Below, piece by piece: positions 1 to 10,088 of a DNA stretch of 64,000 nt. The stretch spans positions 2,080,001-2,144,000 of the forward strand of contig CAWGMQ010000008.1 of NCBI GenBank assembly GCA_963823665.1. The letters run 5' to 3'. Under the pieces are notes generated by a model. It saw nothing but the letters and a program-made list of their open reading frames with translations, had not been told where the DNA came from and did not search any database. Position numbers and translations under genes: made by a program. Positions within the stretch are counted from its first letter, which is position 1. Every line of letters begins with the position of its first letter. This DNA comes from an uncultured Planctomycetota bacterium. GTDB taxonomy: Bacteria > Planctomycetota > Planctomycetia > Isosphaerales > Isosphaeraceae.

Positions 1-1473
1 ACCGCAGATCGTAGCGCCCGGCCGAAAATCCGCCGCACCGGCATCGTTTTGAAACCCACGAACAGCCGGGTGGTCATCCGTCCGTTCGAGCCGACCAGCG
101 TCCATCGAGTCGAGCGAATTCTTGCCCGGCTGATGTCGCTCTCCGAGCCCGAAGTCGACGGCCTGCTCGGTGACGTGATGAGCGAATTTCACAGCCGCCA
201 TCAAAAGACCCGTCACTTCTTCCTGCACCGCTTTGAGCAGGTCAAGCAACACCTCTTGACCGATCAGCATCTGAGCGAGAACCGCCGCATGTTGATCGGC
301 GCCTACTTCACCCAGGAATACGCGCTCGAATCGGCCGCTCTCTTCAACCCGTCCATGGTCTGGCACCCCGATCAAACGGGCCTTGATCCCGGCTCGCGGC
401 GCTTCCTGCTCTCCCTCCGGGCCACCGGCGAGGGACATATCTCTTCGATCACCTTTCGCAGTGGTATCGTCGATGCCGATTGCCGCATTCGCATGGATGA
501 GCCAACTCGCTTCGTCACCGCACCCGAGCAGGTGCCCAACGCCCTCTATGAGAAAAACTTGTTCTACCGCAAGCTGCTCGAGCTGGGCGTCGACAGCCCG
601 TTCGTCGGCAAGGTACTCGCCACGCTCAGCGATCAGTTCACGCTCGAGCATCTCGAGCTCGCCATCACCTCCGCCATCAACCAGAGCAGACCGCGCCACC
701 TCGAGAATGAGCCCACAGTCCAGGGAATGCGCACCCTGGCGAAGGCCAACTACGAGATCAGCTTCTCCCCCGAGCAGCATATCTCGGAACGCGTTGTTTT
801 CCCCTCTTCACCCACCGAGGCCAACGGCATCGAAGACGCCCGCTTCGTCGCATTCCACGACGAGGACGGCTCGATCCGCTACTATGCAACCTACACTGCC
901 TTCGACGGCAAGGTGATTCTCCCCCAGATCCTCGAAACCGACGACTTCCTCCATTTCAAGATCAGCACATTGAATGGCCCTGTGGTGCAAAATAAGGGCT
1001 TCGCCCTCTTCCCACGCAAAGTGAGCGGCCTCTACGCCATGCTCTCGCGGCAGGATAACGAGAACATTTTCTTGATGTACTCCGACCTGTTGCACTTCTG
1101 GCACACCAAGGAGCTGATCGCCAAGCCGACGTACGCATGGGAATTCGTCCAGCTCGGCAACTGCGGCTCGCCCATCGAGACCGAAAAGGGCTGGCTCGTC
1201 CTGACCCATGGCGTCGGCTCGATGCGCAAGTACGCACTCGGTGCATTCCTGCTCGATCTCGACGATCCCACCCGTGTGATCGGCCGCCTGGAATCGCCCC
1301 TCTTGGAGCCCGACGCCAACGAACGCGAGGGCTACGTCCCTAACGTGGTCTACAGTTGCGGCGGCGTGATCCACAATCGCCAGTTGATCATCCCCTACGC
1401 CATGTCCGATTACGCCAGCACCTTCGCCACCGTGTGCCTGGACGAGGTCCTCGACGCCATGACGCGTCTGTGA
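1..1473 (+). CDS. GH130-family glycosidase/phosphorylase (PH1107-like); frame is open to the window edge, so the 5' end may lie outside
   Basis: Motifs ALFNPS, GIEDARF, YYATYTAFDG, NKGFALFP, EREGYVPNVVYSCG; no stop in frame 1 upstream of 49. Confidence 0.85.
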   Translation, partial: TADRSARPKIRRTGIVLKPTNSRVVIRPFEPTSVHRVERILARLMSLSEPEVDGLLGDVMSEFHSRHQKTRHFFLHRFEQVKQHLLTDQHLSENRRMLIGAYFTQEYALESAALFNPSMVWHPDQTGLDPGSRRFLLSLRATGEGHISSITFRSGIVDADCRIRMDEPTRFVTAPEQVPNALYEKNLFYRKLLELGVDSPFVGKVLATLSDQFTLEHLELAITSAINQSRPRHLENEPTVQGMRTLAKANYEISFSPEQHISERVVFPSSPTEANGIEDARFVAFHDEDGSIRYYATYTAFDGKVILPQILETDDFLHFKISTLNGPVVQNKGFALFPRKVSGLYAMLSRQDNENIFLMYSDLLHFWHTKELIAKPTYAWEFVQLGNCGSPIETEKGWLVLTHGVGSMRKYALGAFLLDLDDPTRVIGRLESPLLEPDANEREGYVPNVVYSCGGVIHNRQLIIPYAMSDYASTFATVCLDEVLDAMTRL

Positions 1474-1530
1474 ATGCCGGGGCTGGGCGCAGTGACATTC
1501 TTCATGTAGCCTGGCGACAACGCGAAGCGA

Positions 1531-1655
1531 TGTTGGGCGCGGGTCTCTGACCCCGCCCCAGCGGCGTGACCGCAGGTCTCCGACACGCGTCCAAAGCGTC
1601 TGTTGGGCGCGGGTCTCTGACCCCGCCCCGGAGCGTGACCGCAGGTCTCCGACAC
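1531..1655. repeat. Two direct copies (70-bp period) of a REP-like palindromic element
   Basis: TGTTGGGCGCGGGTCTCTGACCCCGCCCC...CGTGACCGCAGGTCTCCGACAC at 1531 and 1601; related copies at ~16733-16845 and ~21312-21421. Confidence 0.85.
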
Positions 1656-1714
1656 TCGCCCGCAACGTCGAATTCTTACGGGCACAAATTCCAGATTTCC
1701 ACGGAACTGTTCTG

Positions 1715-3153
1715 ATGCAATCCTGGTTGATCGGCAGCGGCTCAGAGTGCGATGTCGTCGTTGACTCGCCGGCGGCCTCCCGACGTCACTGCCAGTTAGC
1801 TCGAGGCCCCGGCGGCCTCATTCTCGAAGACCTGGGCTCGACCCACGGAACTTATGTCGACGGCAAGCGCATAACCGCAGCCACCCACATCACCCCCAGC
1901 CAGGAAATCACGATCGGCCAGACCATGCCGATGCCGTGGCCGCCCGACCTCGTGAAGTTCGTCCGCATCGGTCGCGTGGAAGCCAACGACATCATCCTCG
2001 ACGACCTCCGCGTCTCGAGCCGCCACGCCCGGTTGATGATCGTCGCCGGATCCGAAGCATTGATCGAAGATCTCGGATCCTCAAACGGTACCTTCCTCAA
2101 CTCGGTCGACTCCCGCGTCACCCGGCTCACGCCACTTTCAACCTCCGACACGCTCTACTTCGGCAGTATGGCCGTCCCGGCCTCCCAGCTCTTGGCCGGG
2201 CTGCTCGTGGCTCCCGCTGCGTCACGGTCCGGGCCCGCTGCCCAACCTCCGCCGCTGCCAGCTTCGAATAGGCCACCTGAAGAACCATCCGCGCCCGGCC
2301 GCTTTCCGCGGCTCCCAGAATCGAGCCGCCCCCGGCGCAAGTCGGAGCATCACCGGGCGTCATCTTCATCGAGGGGAACCGCTGGGTGCTCTCTGCGCTG
2401 GCCCTGGCACCCTTCTTGGCGTTCCTGATCGTCTTGATCTCCGGTCGCCAGGCCGGAGTCGTCCTCACCGACTCAAACGGAGCATCGATCGCTCAGGCAG
2501 TCACCGCGACAACCTTCGAGTTGGCCGTCGCAGCGGCGTGCCTCGGTTGCGCTCTTGCCGTCGCAGAGCTCGCGGAGGGATCATGGCCGACGTATCACTC
2601 GCAAACCAGCGTGGAGTCGTACCTGGTAAGAATCGCAGCGCGTCTCGGCATCCTCGCCCTGGCCTGTGCCTTGGGCTGCGCGCTGCTTCTCGCCGTTGTT
2701 TACTGGGCTTCCGGGCTCAAGGGCCCGTGGGTCCCGATGTGGTGCGTGATGGCAATTGCCTCCGCCGTCTCCGTCGTACTGGGCCTCTTGTTTTCAATCG
2801 CGATCAGGAGCTGGCTGATCGTCGCCGCGGCCGCCGTCGCCTGCTTTGTGCTGATGACGGCGCTTGGAGGATGGTTCTGGTCGCTGCCGCGCTCGGGCCC
2901 GCCCGTGACATGGGCCATGAGCGCCACGCCCACCCGCTGGGCGTTCGAGGGACTGCTCCTGCTCGAGGCACCCTATCACCCCTCCGGGCAAAGCGCAGCC
3001 GACGCAGCGGCCGCCGACCACGATTGTGCCGAAGCCTACTTCCCTGCCGAATCACTGCGCATGGGCCCCGGCGCCGATCTGACCGCGCTGGGATCGATGC
3101 TGGTCGGCATGACCCTCATTCTACTCGCCCTGGCGGCAACCAGATCGAGCTAG
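1715..3153 (+). CDS. Double-FHA protein fused to an ABC-2-type membrane domain with no ATPase; split by a frameshift between ~2272 and 2385
   Basis: FHA motifs SRRH..DLGSTHGT and IGR..VSSRH..DLGSSNGT; the downstream frame has ~6 TM helices and PTRWAFEGLL typical of ABCG-type permeases. Confidence 0.7.
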
Positions 3154-3334
3154 GCGCCGGGCGTTTTTGGCTGGAAGCGGCTGACGGGCGCCGTGTATAC
3201 TCGGGCACGGCCACAGTCGACGTCGCCGAGTTGAAACTACCTGCGGGCGCGCGATCACAATCGGCCACGTAATGGCGCCGCGGTCACGTCCTGTCCGATG
3301 ATTTGGCCTTGTTCGATGCGCGGAGGGCTGGACT

Positions 3335-5918
3335 ATGGCGATCGGATCCCAGGAATGGTCTGGACTCACACTGGCTGGCGGCCGCTACCGGGTTACCGCC
3401 AAGCTCGGTGAGGGCGGAATGGGGTTTGTCTATCGCGCCCTCGATCAGAACATCGACGCCGACGTCGTGATCAAGGTTCCCCGCCCGTCAATGATGGACG
3501 ACCCCGAGTTCGCCGCCCGCTTCACCCGAGAGATCCGCTCGCTCGTCAAGCTCTCTCACCCGCACATCGTCAAGGTCTCGGACGTCGGCAACTTTGACGG
3601 AATCCCCTTCGCCGTGATGCAATACCTCGCGGGCGGAAGTCTCGAGGATCAGCGGCCGGTCGGGCCAGGCGGCCAGGTTCTCCCATGCGATCCCAGAAAC
3701 ATCTCGCGCTGGCTGCTCGCGGTCGCCGAGGCGCTCGACTACATCCACACCCAGGGTTACGTCCACCGCGACGTCAAGCCGGGCAATATCCTCTTCGACA
3801 CGCAGGGTCACGCGTTCTTGAGCGATTTCGGCGTCGCCAAGGTGGTGGCATCCGCCAAGAACCCCGCTCCGTCTCAAACCGCAATGACGGGAGCCGGGAT
3901 GGTCCTCGGTACGCCCGAATACATGGCGCCCGAGCTGATCATGGGCGATCCGTTCGACGGCCGCGTCGATCAATACGCTCTGGCGATCACGGCCTACGAG
4001 TTGCTCTGCGGCCGGCGCCCGTTTGAAGACGAGACCAAGACCAAGGTTCTTGTTCTCCATACTTCGCAAGCCCCGTCTCCACTCACCGCGTGGTGCCCGA
4101 CGCTGCCCGTCCGTCTCTCCCAGGTCGTGATCAAGGGCCTGGCCAAGGATCCAGGAGAGCGCTACGCGAATTGCGTCGCGCTTGCCAGGGCGGTCGCATC
4201 AGCAGCCGAGAACGCCGGTGCTCAGGATGAGCGCGCCCGATTGAAATGTCCCGCCTGCGGCAAGACCCTCGCGATTCCCGTTGCCGACCTGGCCCGGCTC
4301 AAGGCCGGCGGCCGCCGCGCCGCGTGCCCGGCATGTAAATCGCCCATCGACATCGGCAACGCCGTTCAAGTCGCCCCCGGCCCCTCGACCGGCGGCACGA
4401 TGAAGTTTGCGACTTCTCCAGGCGGCACCGGCGAGTACGGTCTGGCAGCCGCACAAGGCCCGACGGCCGGCGGCACAGCGGGGTTCAGTCCCGTCGGCGG
4501 ATCCAGCGGCGGCCACGCACGGCCGCCATCCCCGCAGCCCGAGCGCGGCGGCACGATGGCGATGTCCGCGCCAGGCGTCCAGACGCCTCCGCCTGTCCCC
4601 GGTCAAGCCAGCCCACCTTCACGCGCCGCCTCCGGCACGATCATCGAGCGCACCCTACCACGCCCCGACCATACGGCGGCCGCGAGGGATATATTCAACA
4701 CCCTGGATAACGCCGGCCCGAAGGCCTCCGCGTCCGGAAACCGCGGCAGATCCGCCGAAAGTCCAGAGCCGGGCACGGATCGAACCCGGATCTGGATCGC
4801 CGCGGGCGCAGCAACAGCAGCCGGACTTCTCATGCTGGTGGGAACGGCATTATTCTTCACGTGGGTTTCCAAGAAAGATCCCGATTCGCCGTCCACCAGC
4901 CGCGCCGCCGGAGCCGAGCCGCAACCACCAATCGATTCTCGAACGTCGGAAGTCACTGCGCCACCGCCGCATGCCGAGACTGAGAAATCTCGGCTGGCAA
5001 AGGGCCCGGTGCCGACCAAGAAATCCGGCCCCACCCCAAACCTCAAGGCCGCGCGCAACAACCAGGAACGGAAGAACGCAGCCCCCGTGCCACCCTCAGA
5101 CAGCCCCGAGCTGGTTCTCGCACGACCAGCCTGTTTCGTCACCAACTGCCGATTCAACAGCGCTCACGAAAGCGGCGATGTCTGCCGCAAGTGCCGCGCC
5201 ACCACCCGCACCTGCCGGTATGTTCGCGGCGAATAACTTCAACATCGCCCAGATGCCGAAGAGGCCAAGGCAGCCCGAATATTCAGCCGGAAAGAACCTC
5301 GCCAAAGCGAAGTCACTTGGCGAGAGATTCGTGATCCCCGCGGGAATGTATCGCCTCAGACACTCCCCCCAAGACAATCGAGCCGGAGCCAGGAAATACA
5401 CGGTCATCGAGTGTTCAGTCCAGGAAAAAGGCAGAGCCCTCGCGCTAACAGAACACGGTTCATCCGACTTCGAGGTCGAGCCTCGGCTTGCAACAAAGCT
5501 CGACAGGCTGCCTGGAAGGTTTCTGGCCCAGTCGGTCGCCATTCTGACGCTCTGGATTGACAACTCCGGACAGTGCGGCGTCGTCTGCGCCGAGCTGCTC
5601 GAGAAATGCGAGCCTCGCCTCAAACCGGGATTCGGCATCGGTCAGGCCGACGTTGATTACCGTGTCCGTTTTCTGAGCCCCGAAGAAGACAAAACCGGCA
5701 AGGCGCCCGACGAAGATTGGCAGAAGGTCGGTCGAATGAATCACTTCTATACTCACTGGAAGCATCACGTCGATGGGTTGAGAAAGCGACAGCAAACCGC
5801 CACAATGGCCGCCCTCACAAACACCATGGGTGGCATGTATGCCAATGCGATGAAGGGCGCCGCCGCGGACGCAGCAGCGCAGGGGGCCCGGCAAAGTGCC
5901 ATCAGCGGCCGCCCGTGA
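3335..5918 (+). CDS. Membrane Ser/Thr kinase (kinase, Zn-ribbon, Pro-rich linker, TM, extracellular domain); frameshift near 5130
   Basis: GEGGMG, HRDVKPGN, DFG, YMAPE; CPACGK..CPACK; TM segment; coding-like continuation in ORF 4407..5918. Confidence 0.85.
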
Positions 5919-5963
5919 GTCGGGGACGCCCGCGTCGAGCGTCGAGCGAGCAGACCTCTCAAC

Positions 5964-6854
5964 TCAAAGCACCTTGAAGAAAAACCGCTGCTCGCCGCAC
6001 TGGAAGAATCCCCCGCGCCCCAGGCTCACTTCTTGAACCCGTGCCCAGATCCCGTTCCGCGACCGTGCATTCGCGATGATCCACCGGTTCTTCTCGTCGC
6101 GATAGACCCGGGCGTGCCGTCGATCCACCATCGGATCATCGACGACGATCGAGCACCCAGTCCGATCGCGACCCAGCCAGTTGTCCTGGTCGCGAAGCGG
6201 GAACCGCTGCCCGGAGCGTCCCGGAGAAATCTCGACGATCGCCGGCTGCAACACGGCCCCAGCCTGAGACGGGGCAAGCGATTCCCACTTCCGCGTCGCA
6301 TTGCTCGCCCATTCCGGCGCCGCCTGCGGCTGCTCGGGCGCCGCCGGCACCTCGAAACGAAAGCGACGACCGCCAATCAGCAGCTCCTGCTCATGATTCA
6401 AAACGACGGTCGAGGCGCGAACGAACGTTCCGTTGGTGCTTTGCAGGTCCTTGAGGTACCAGCAGTACTCGCCGTTCTCGTGGCGCCGGCTGATCTCGAC
6501 GTGCCGGCCCGAGATTCCGCCGTCGTGCGGAATGGTGAGGTCCCCTTCAACCCTGCCGATGACAAACGAATTAGGGCGAATGCGCACGATTTCCCCCGCG
6601 TCGTCGCCGTCATCAAGTACGTGCAGAACCGCCATCGACGGTCTCAGAGTCGGCCGGAACGCCGCGGTATCTTGATCCCCGCCCGTCCCGGTCAACGTCC
6701 CCGTTGCCGTCGCCGTGCCGGCGGCCGGCGCTGCACTCGGCTCTTTGAGCGCTCCAGCGCCGCGGATCTGCGCGCGAATCTCCTCCACTGATTCCAGCAC
6801 GGTCCCTTGCCGCCGCGCCATCCCGGGGCCTCTCCCAGCGTCTCCCGGATTCAT
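5964..6854 (-). CDS. Double-FHA domain protein
   Basis: IGRVEG..ISGRH..DLQSTNGT and LGRD..RRHA..SRNG; paralog of 11840 and 20345. Confidence 0.85.
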   Translation of the reverse strand: MNPGDAGRGPGMARRQGTVLESVEEIRAQIRGAGALKEPSAAPAAGTATATGTLTGTGGDQDTAAFRPTLRPSMAVLHVLDDGDDAGEIVRIRPNSFVIGRVEGDLTIPHDGGISGRHVEISRRHENGEYCWYLKDLQSTNGTFVRASTVVLNHEQELLIGGRRFRFEVPAAPEQPQAAPEWASNATRKWESLAPSQAGAVLQPAIVEISPGRSGQRFPLRDQDNWLGRDRTGCSIVVDDPMVDRRHARVYRDEKNRWIIANARSRNGIWARVQEVSLGRGGFFQCGEQRFFFKVL

Positions 6855-6946
6855 CTCGACAACCTTTCTTCGATCGGGACCACCACGCGAGCCCCCCTGG
6901 TGTCATGTCGCTCCAACCGCTCGCGGAGAGCAACAGATCGATGCCG

Positions 6947-8059
6947 TTACTTGATTTTTTCCTTCAGATTTTCCAGCCGCCGCCACGCCGCTGTCTGCCT
7001 TCGGTAGTGCATATCAAGGAACGACGCCGAATCCGCACCCAGACGCACCTTTCCACGGCCGTCCCCGAAGCCGTGCCTCTTGGCGTATCCATCGAGCTTG
7101 TACAAGAACGCAAGCGTCTCCCGCTTCGAGCGTCCGAAGCTGCGCATCCGGTTTGCCGTCCATTCGTCCGCTTCAAAATCCTGATTGATGGTCTCCGAAA
7201 CCAGGTAGCCAAGCGGAATGACCACCCAGTAAAGCTTCCTGATCGTCCCGCCGTTCATTTTCTGCAAACCCGGGTCTTCCAGGCACCGGATCGCGTGCCC
7301 GAGGTCGACATGCGCGATCTCATTTCCCACGGCAAACTGCAAGGCGTAGTCTTCGTCCTCGCCGATCAATTCGAAGAGGCCGCGGCTCACGTAGACATAG
7401 CCGCCAGGGTGCGAGAACGCGTTGACCTGGTCGCTTTCCATGATCTCGAAGTGATAGTGAATCTCTTTGCGCTGAAGTGCCGCGAGAAACGGCTTGGCCG
7501 CATCTTCGACGCGCTGCCGCCAGGGGCCATCCGCTGCAACCGGGTTGAGCTGCACGATCACATCGTGAAGCTGTGCGCCGAGCTTTTGCTCGTCCGCCGC
7601 ACTCATGTTCACAACATCCCAGTTCCGCATCATCTCCGGCTGCGTCCAGAACGGATTGGCCGCGAGTGGGTCGCCGCCGGCCGCTGTTTTCCCTGACGGA
7701 TTCTCGGACGATTCGTGAGCGGTCGTCGACTCTGCAGGCTTCGTCTTCGGAGTGCCCTTGGCCGTCGTCGGTCGTCGTTGTTTCGTTCGCTCCGGTGCTT
7801 TCTTGGTCGAAGGTGTCGAAACAGCAGGCTCCTCGGGCTGTGTTGCGTGCGGTTCAGTAGCGGCAATTTCATGGGAATCTGCCGCGACCGCTTCGTTTTT
7901 CACCTCCGGCTCAGGCGCCGCGGGTTTCTCACCCTTTGCCGTCGCGACGCGGTCGCGACGAAGTCCGTCGCGGTACGCCTGGCCCTGTTTGCCGACGAGC
8001 CAGACTGAAAGCGCCAGGTAAAACAGGGCCGAGACCGCGATGATCGAGTAGCGAACCAT
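6947..8059 (-). CDS. M48-family metallopeptidase-like membrane-anchored protein (HEXXH reads NEIAH)
   Basis: VNAFSHPGGYVYVSRGL, AVGNEIAHVD, FEAD; N-terminal TM; GAGGTGG RBS before ATG 8059. Confidence 0.8.
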   Translation of the reverse strand: MVRYSIIAVSALFYLALSVWLVGKQGQAYRDGLRRDRVATAKGEKPAAPEPEVKNEAVAADSHEIAATEPHATQPEEPAVSTPSTKKAPERTKQRRPTTAKGTPKTKPAESTTAHESSENPSGKTAAGGDPLAANPFWTQPEMMRNWDVVNMSAADEQKLGAQLHDVIVQLNPVAADGPWRQRVEDAAKPFLAALQRKEIHYHFEIMESDQVNAFSHPGGYVYVSRGLFELIGEDEDYALQFAVGNEIAHVDLGHAIRCLEDPGLQKMNGGTIRKLYWVVIPLGYLVSETINQDFEADEWTANRMRSFGRSKRETLAFLYKLDGYAKRHGFGDGRGKVRLGADSASFLDMHYRRQTAAWRRLENLKEKIK

Positions 8060-8077
8060 GGGACAATTCCACCTCAC

Positions 8078-9067
8078 TCACTCTTTCGGGGCCTTGCCGC
8101 CTCCAGCGAACTTTTCTCGCTGGATTTGAAGCGCTTCGTAAAGCTCGGGATAGAGCTTCCGCTCCTCGGGAGTTTCGGCTTTTCCGAACGTCAGGTTGTA
8201 TTTCCGCATGAAGATCCTCAGGTCATTGACGGTGGTGCCCGAGTACTTGTCAATCTCGCCAAGGGCCTGTTGAACCCCCTGGGTCTCGAACTGCCGCGCC
8301 GTGGTTCGAAGCGACTTGAGCTGGAGCGCCGCCTCATTGAGAGCTCGCCGATCCGTGTCCGGATCAATCTCCCGGGCGAGCTTCTGTGCAAGTTCCTCGA
8401 CTGCCCTCTGAATTCTCGCAATCTTGCTCATCTGCGATTTCCCCTCGATCGCTTCTTCGAGCGCCTCGTCGACGGCCGTCTCGAATTCCTTGAGCTCCTT
8501 GACGAACCGCTTGTCCTGAAACGCCACCGGCCACTTCCCTTTGCCCTTGACCGTCAGCCGATGCATCGAGAAATTCTCACCGCGCTCGCCCAGCCGGAAC
8601 GGAATGCGCCTGACCATATCGGCCGACAGCGGAACCTCGGCATAACGGAAGCTCGATTCGGAGATCTTGGGATCCACCAGCTCGTTCATCGCAGCCGTCA
8701 GCGCATCGCCGCTGAGCACATCGCGCGCTTCGGGATGATTCTTGATGCGATCCTCGATCTTGTCGTTCATCTCTTTGTTGCGTTCGGAAAGGTACATGCG
8801 GCGCTCCACGTACTCCTTTCGCTGCTCGTTCGCCACGGCCGCCATGTATTCATTCCAGCGAATCATCGTGTCGAGATTGATCGAATTCGCGATCGCGGTC
8901 CGCTGGTTGTACAACCCCATCCCCGCCGCCGCGATGCCGGCCCCGCGCAGGTAATCCCCCCCAGGAGTAGACCCGGCTCCGATCCATTGCGCCCGCGCAC
9001 CACCTTCCGACGCCGCCAGCACCACCACTCCCGCCACAACCCACCGAACAAACGCCGTGATCCTCAT
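8078..9067 (-). CDS. Secreted hypothetical protein
   Basis: Signal peptide MRITAFVRWVVAGVVVLAASEGGARA; RBS-like AAGGGG before ATG 9067; strong coding bias. Confidence 0.75.
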   Translation of the reverse strand: MRITAFVRWVVAGVVVLAASEGGARAQWIGAGSTPGGDYLRGAGIAAAGMGLYNQRTAIANSINLDTMIRWNEYMAAVANEQRKEYVERRMYLSERNKEMNDKIEDRIKNHPEARDVLSGDALTAAMNELVDPKISESSFRYAEVPLSADMVRRIPFRLGERGENFSMHRLTVKGKGKWPVAFQDKRFVKELKEFETAVDEALEEAIEGKSQMSKIARIQRAVEELAQKLAREIDPDTDRRALNEAALQLKSLRTTARQFETQGVQQALGEIDKYSGTTVNDLRIFMRKYNLTFGKAETPEERKLYPELYEALQIQREKFAGGGKAPKE

Positions 9068-9167
9068 GAGCAACCCCTTCGTTGAATCGTCGATCGTGAG
9101 TCTACTAGGTGGTCGATTCGCGTGTGCTTTGCACCCCTTCCGGAATCCCCGAATAAGACCGCGCACC

Positions 9168-10088
9168 TCATGAAGTGCTGAGCAGGCTGTCCCAGTCGTG
9201 GATATCCGGGTCAACAATCCGCTCGCCCATGGCCTCGAGCCGCTCGACATCTCGAATGGCCTCGATCGCGGCCAACGTCGCGGGATCCGGTTTTCCGAAG
9301 CGCTTGGACCCCAGACGAACAAGAATCCGCTGTTCGCCCGTGACACGGCCCTCAATCAGGCCCTCGTTGCGCCCTTCGATCAATCCTTCGTTGCGCCCTT
9401 CGATCAATCCTTCGTTGCGCCCTTCCCTCAAAATCGCCTGATAAGTCGTCGATTCCTGCATCTCGTTCACCCCTTCCAGCAACTGCGAGACCAGTTCTTC
9501 TGAGTAGCATAGCCCCATGAGCAAGTACGTGGCCGTCCAGAGTTTCACAGATCGCGGCCGCGGCTCGGTGTTGATCCGCGCCGCCATCCGCTTCACCAAC
9601 CCGGGCAAATCCCCTTCGGTGACATTTGCCAGAGGCGCAAGTGGCAAAAGGTTGACCCCACCGGACAAGTACGGCTCAGGGTCTTCCCCCCACAATCGAA
9701 CGACCCGGTAATTATAACGATTCGTCAGCCATCCGTCTGGCATCTTAATCTCAAAACCGCCGGTCAAGCTCGGCGAGTTCGCCTCTCGCCGCAACAAGAT
9801 AAGCACCGTGAGCACGGGAAGCCGATGCCGATGAAAGAGCGCCGCCTGCCGAAACCACACCGTCTCGGCCAGATCAGTCTGATGGCTCGACTGAAGCTCG
9901 ACATTGACGAGGTACGGCTCCGCCCCACCAACGTGAATGACCTTGTCGGCCGCCGCCGTCAGTGTCGTGACATCCGAATCGATCACCTCAACCGGCCCAG
10001 CCGGCCCGATCCGCAGCCACTCGAGCCACTCAGCGGGCCCGTCCCAGACCAACTCCTTCGTCGCGACATCGAAGCGGTTGTATTCCAC
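9168..10088 (-). CDS. Rpn/YhgA-like PD-(D/E)XK nuclease with DUF4351-like C-terminus
   Basis: FD..TKEL, ADKV, VELQS, ESTTYQAILREG, (EGRNEGLI)x3, KRFG. Confidence 0.8.
   Translation of the reverse strand: MEYNRFDVATKELVWDGPAEWLEWLRIGPAGPVEVIDSDVTTLTAAADKVIHVGGAEPYLVNVELQSSHQTDLAETVWFRQAALFHRHRLPVLTVLILLRREANSPSLTGGFEIKMPDGWLTNRYNYRVVRLWGEDPEPYLSGGVNLLPLAPLANVTEGDLPGLVKRMAARINTEPRPRSVKLWTATYLLMGLCYSEELVSQLLEGVNEMQESTTYQAILREGRNEGLIEGRNEGLIEGRNEGLIEGRVTGEQRILVRLGSKRFGKPDPATLAAIEAIRDVERLEAMGERIVDPDIHDWDSLLSTS
9349..9427 (-). repeat. 24-bp coding tandem repeat (EGRNEGLI x3) inside Rpn
   Basis: CCCTTCGATCAATCCTTCGTTGCG repeated; third copy degenerate. Confidence 0.85.

Noticed and set aside
1531..1655. 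CRISPR array
   Set aside because: Only two ~55-bp units with a 14-bp spacer, no cas genes, and dispersed relatives elsewhere; fits a REP element.
9168..10088. Rpn genes as IS transposases
   Set aside because: No terminal inverted repeats or target duplications seen; the family is not known to transpose despite legacy naming.
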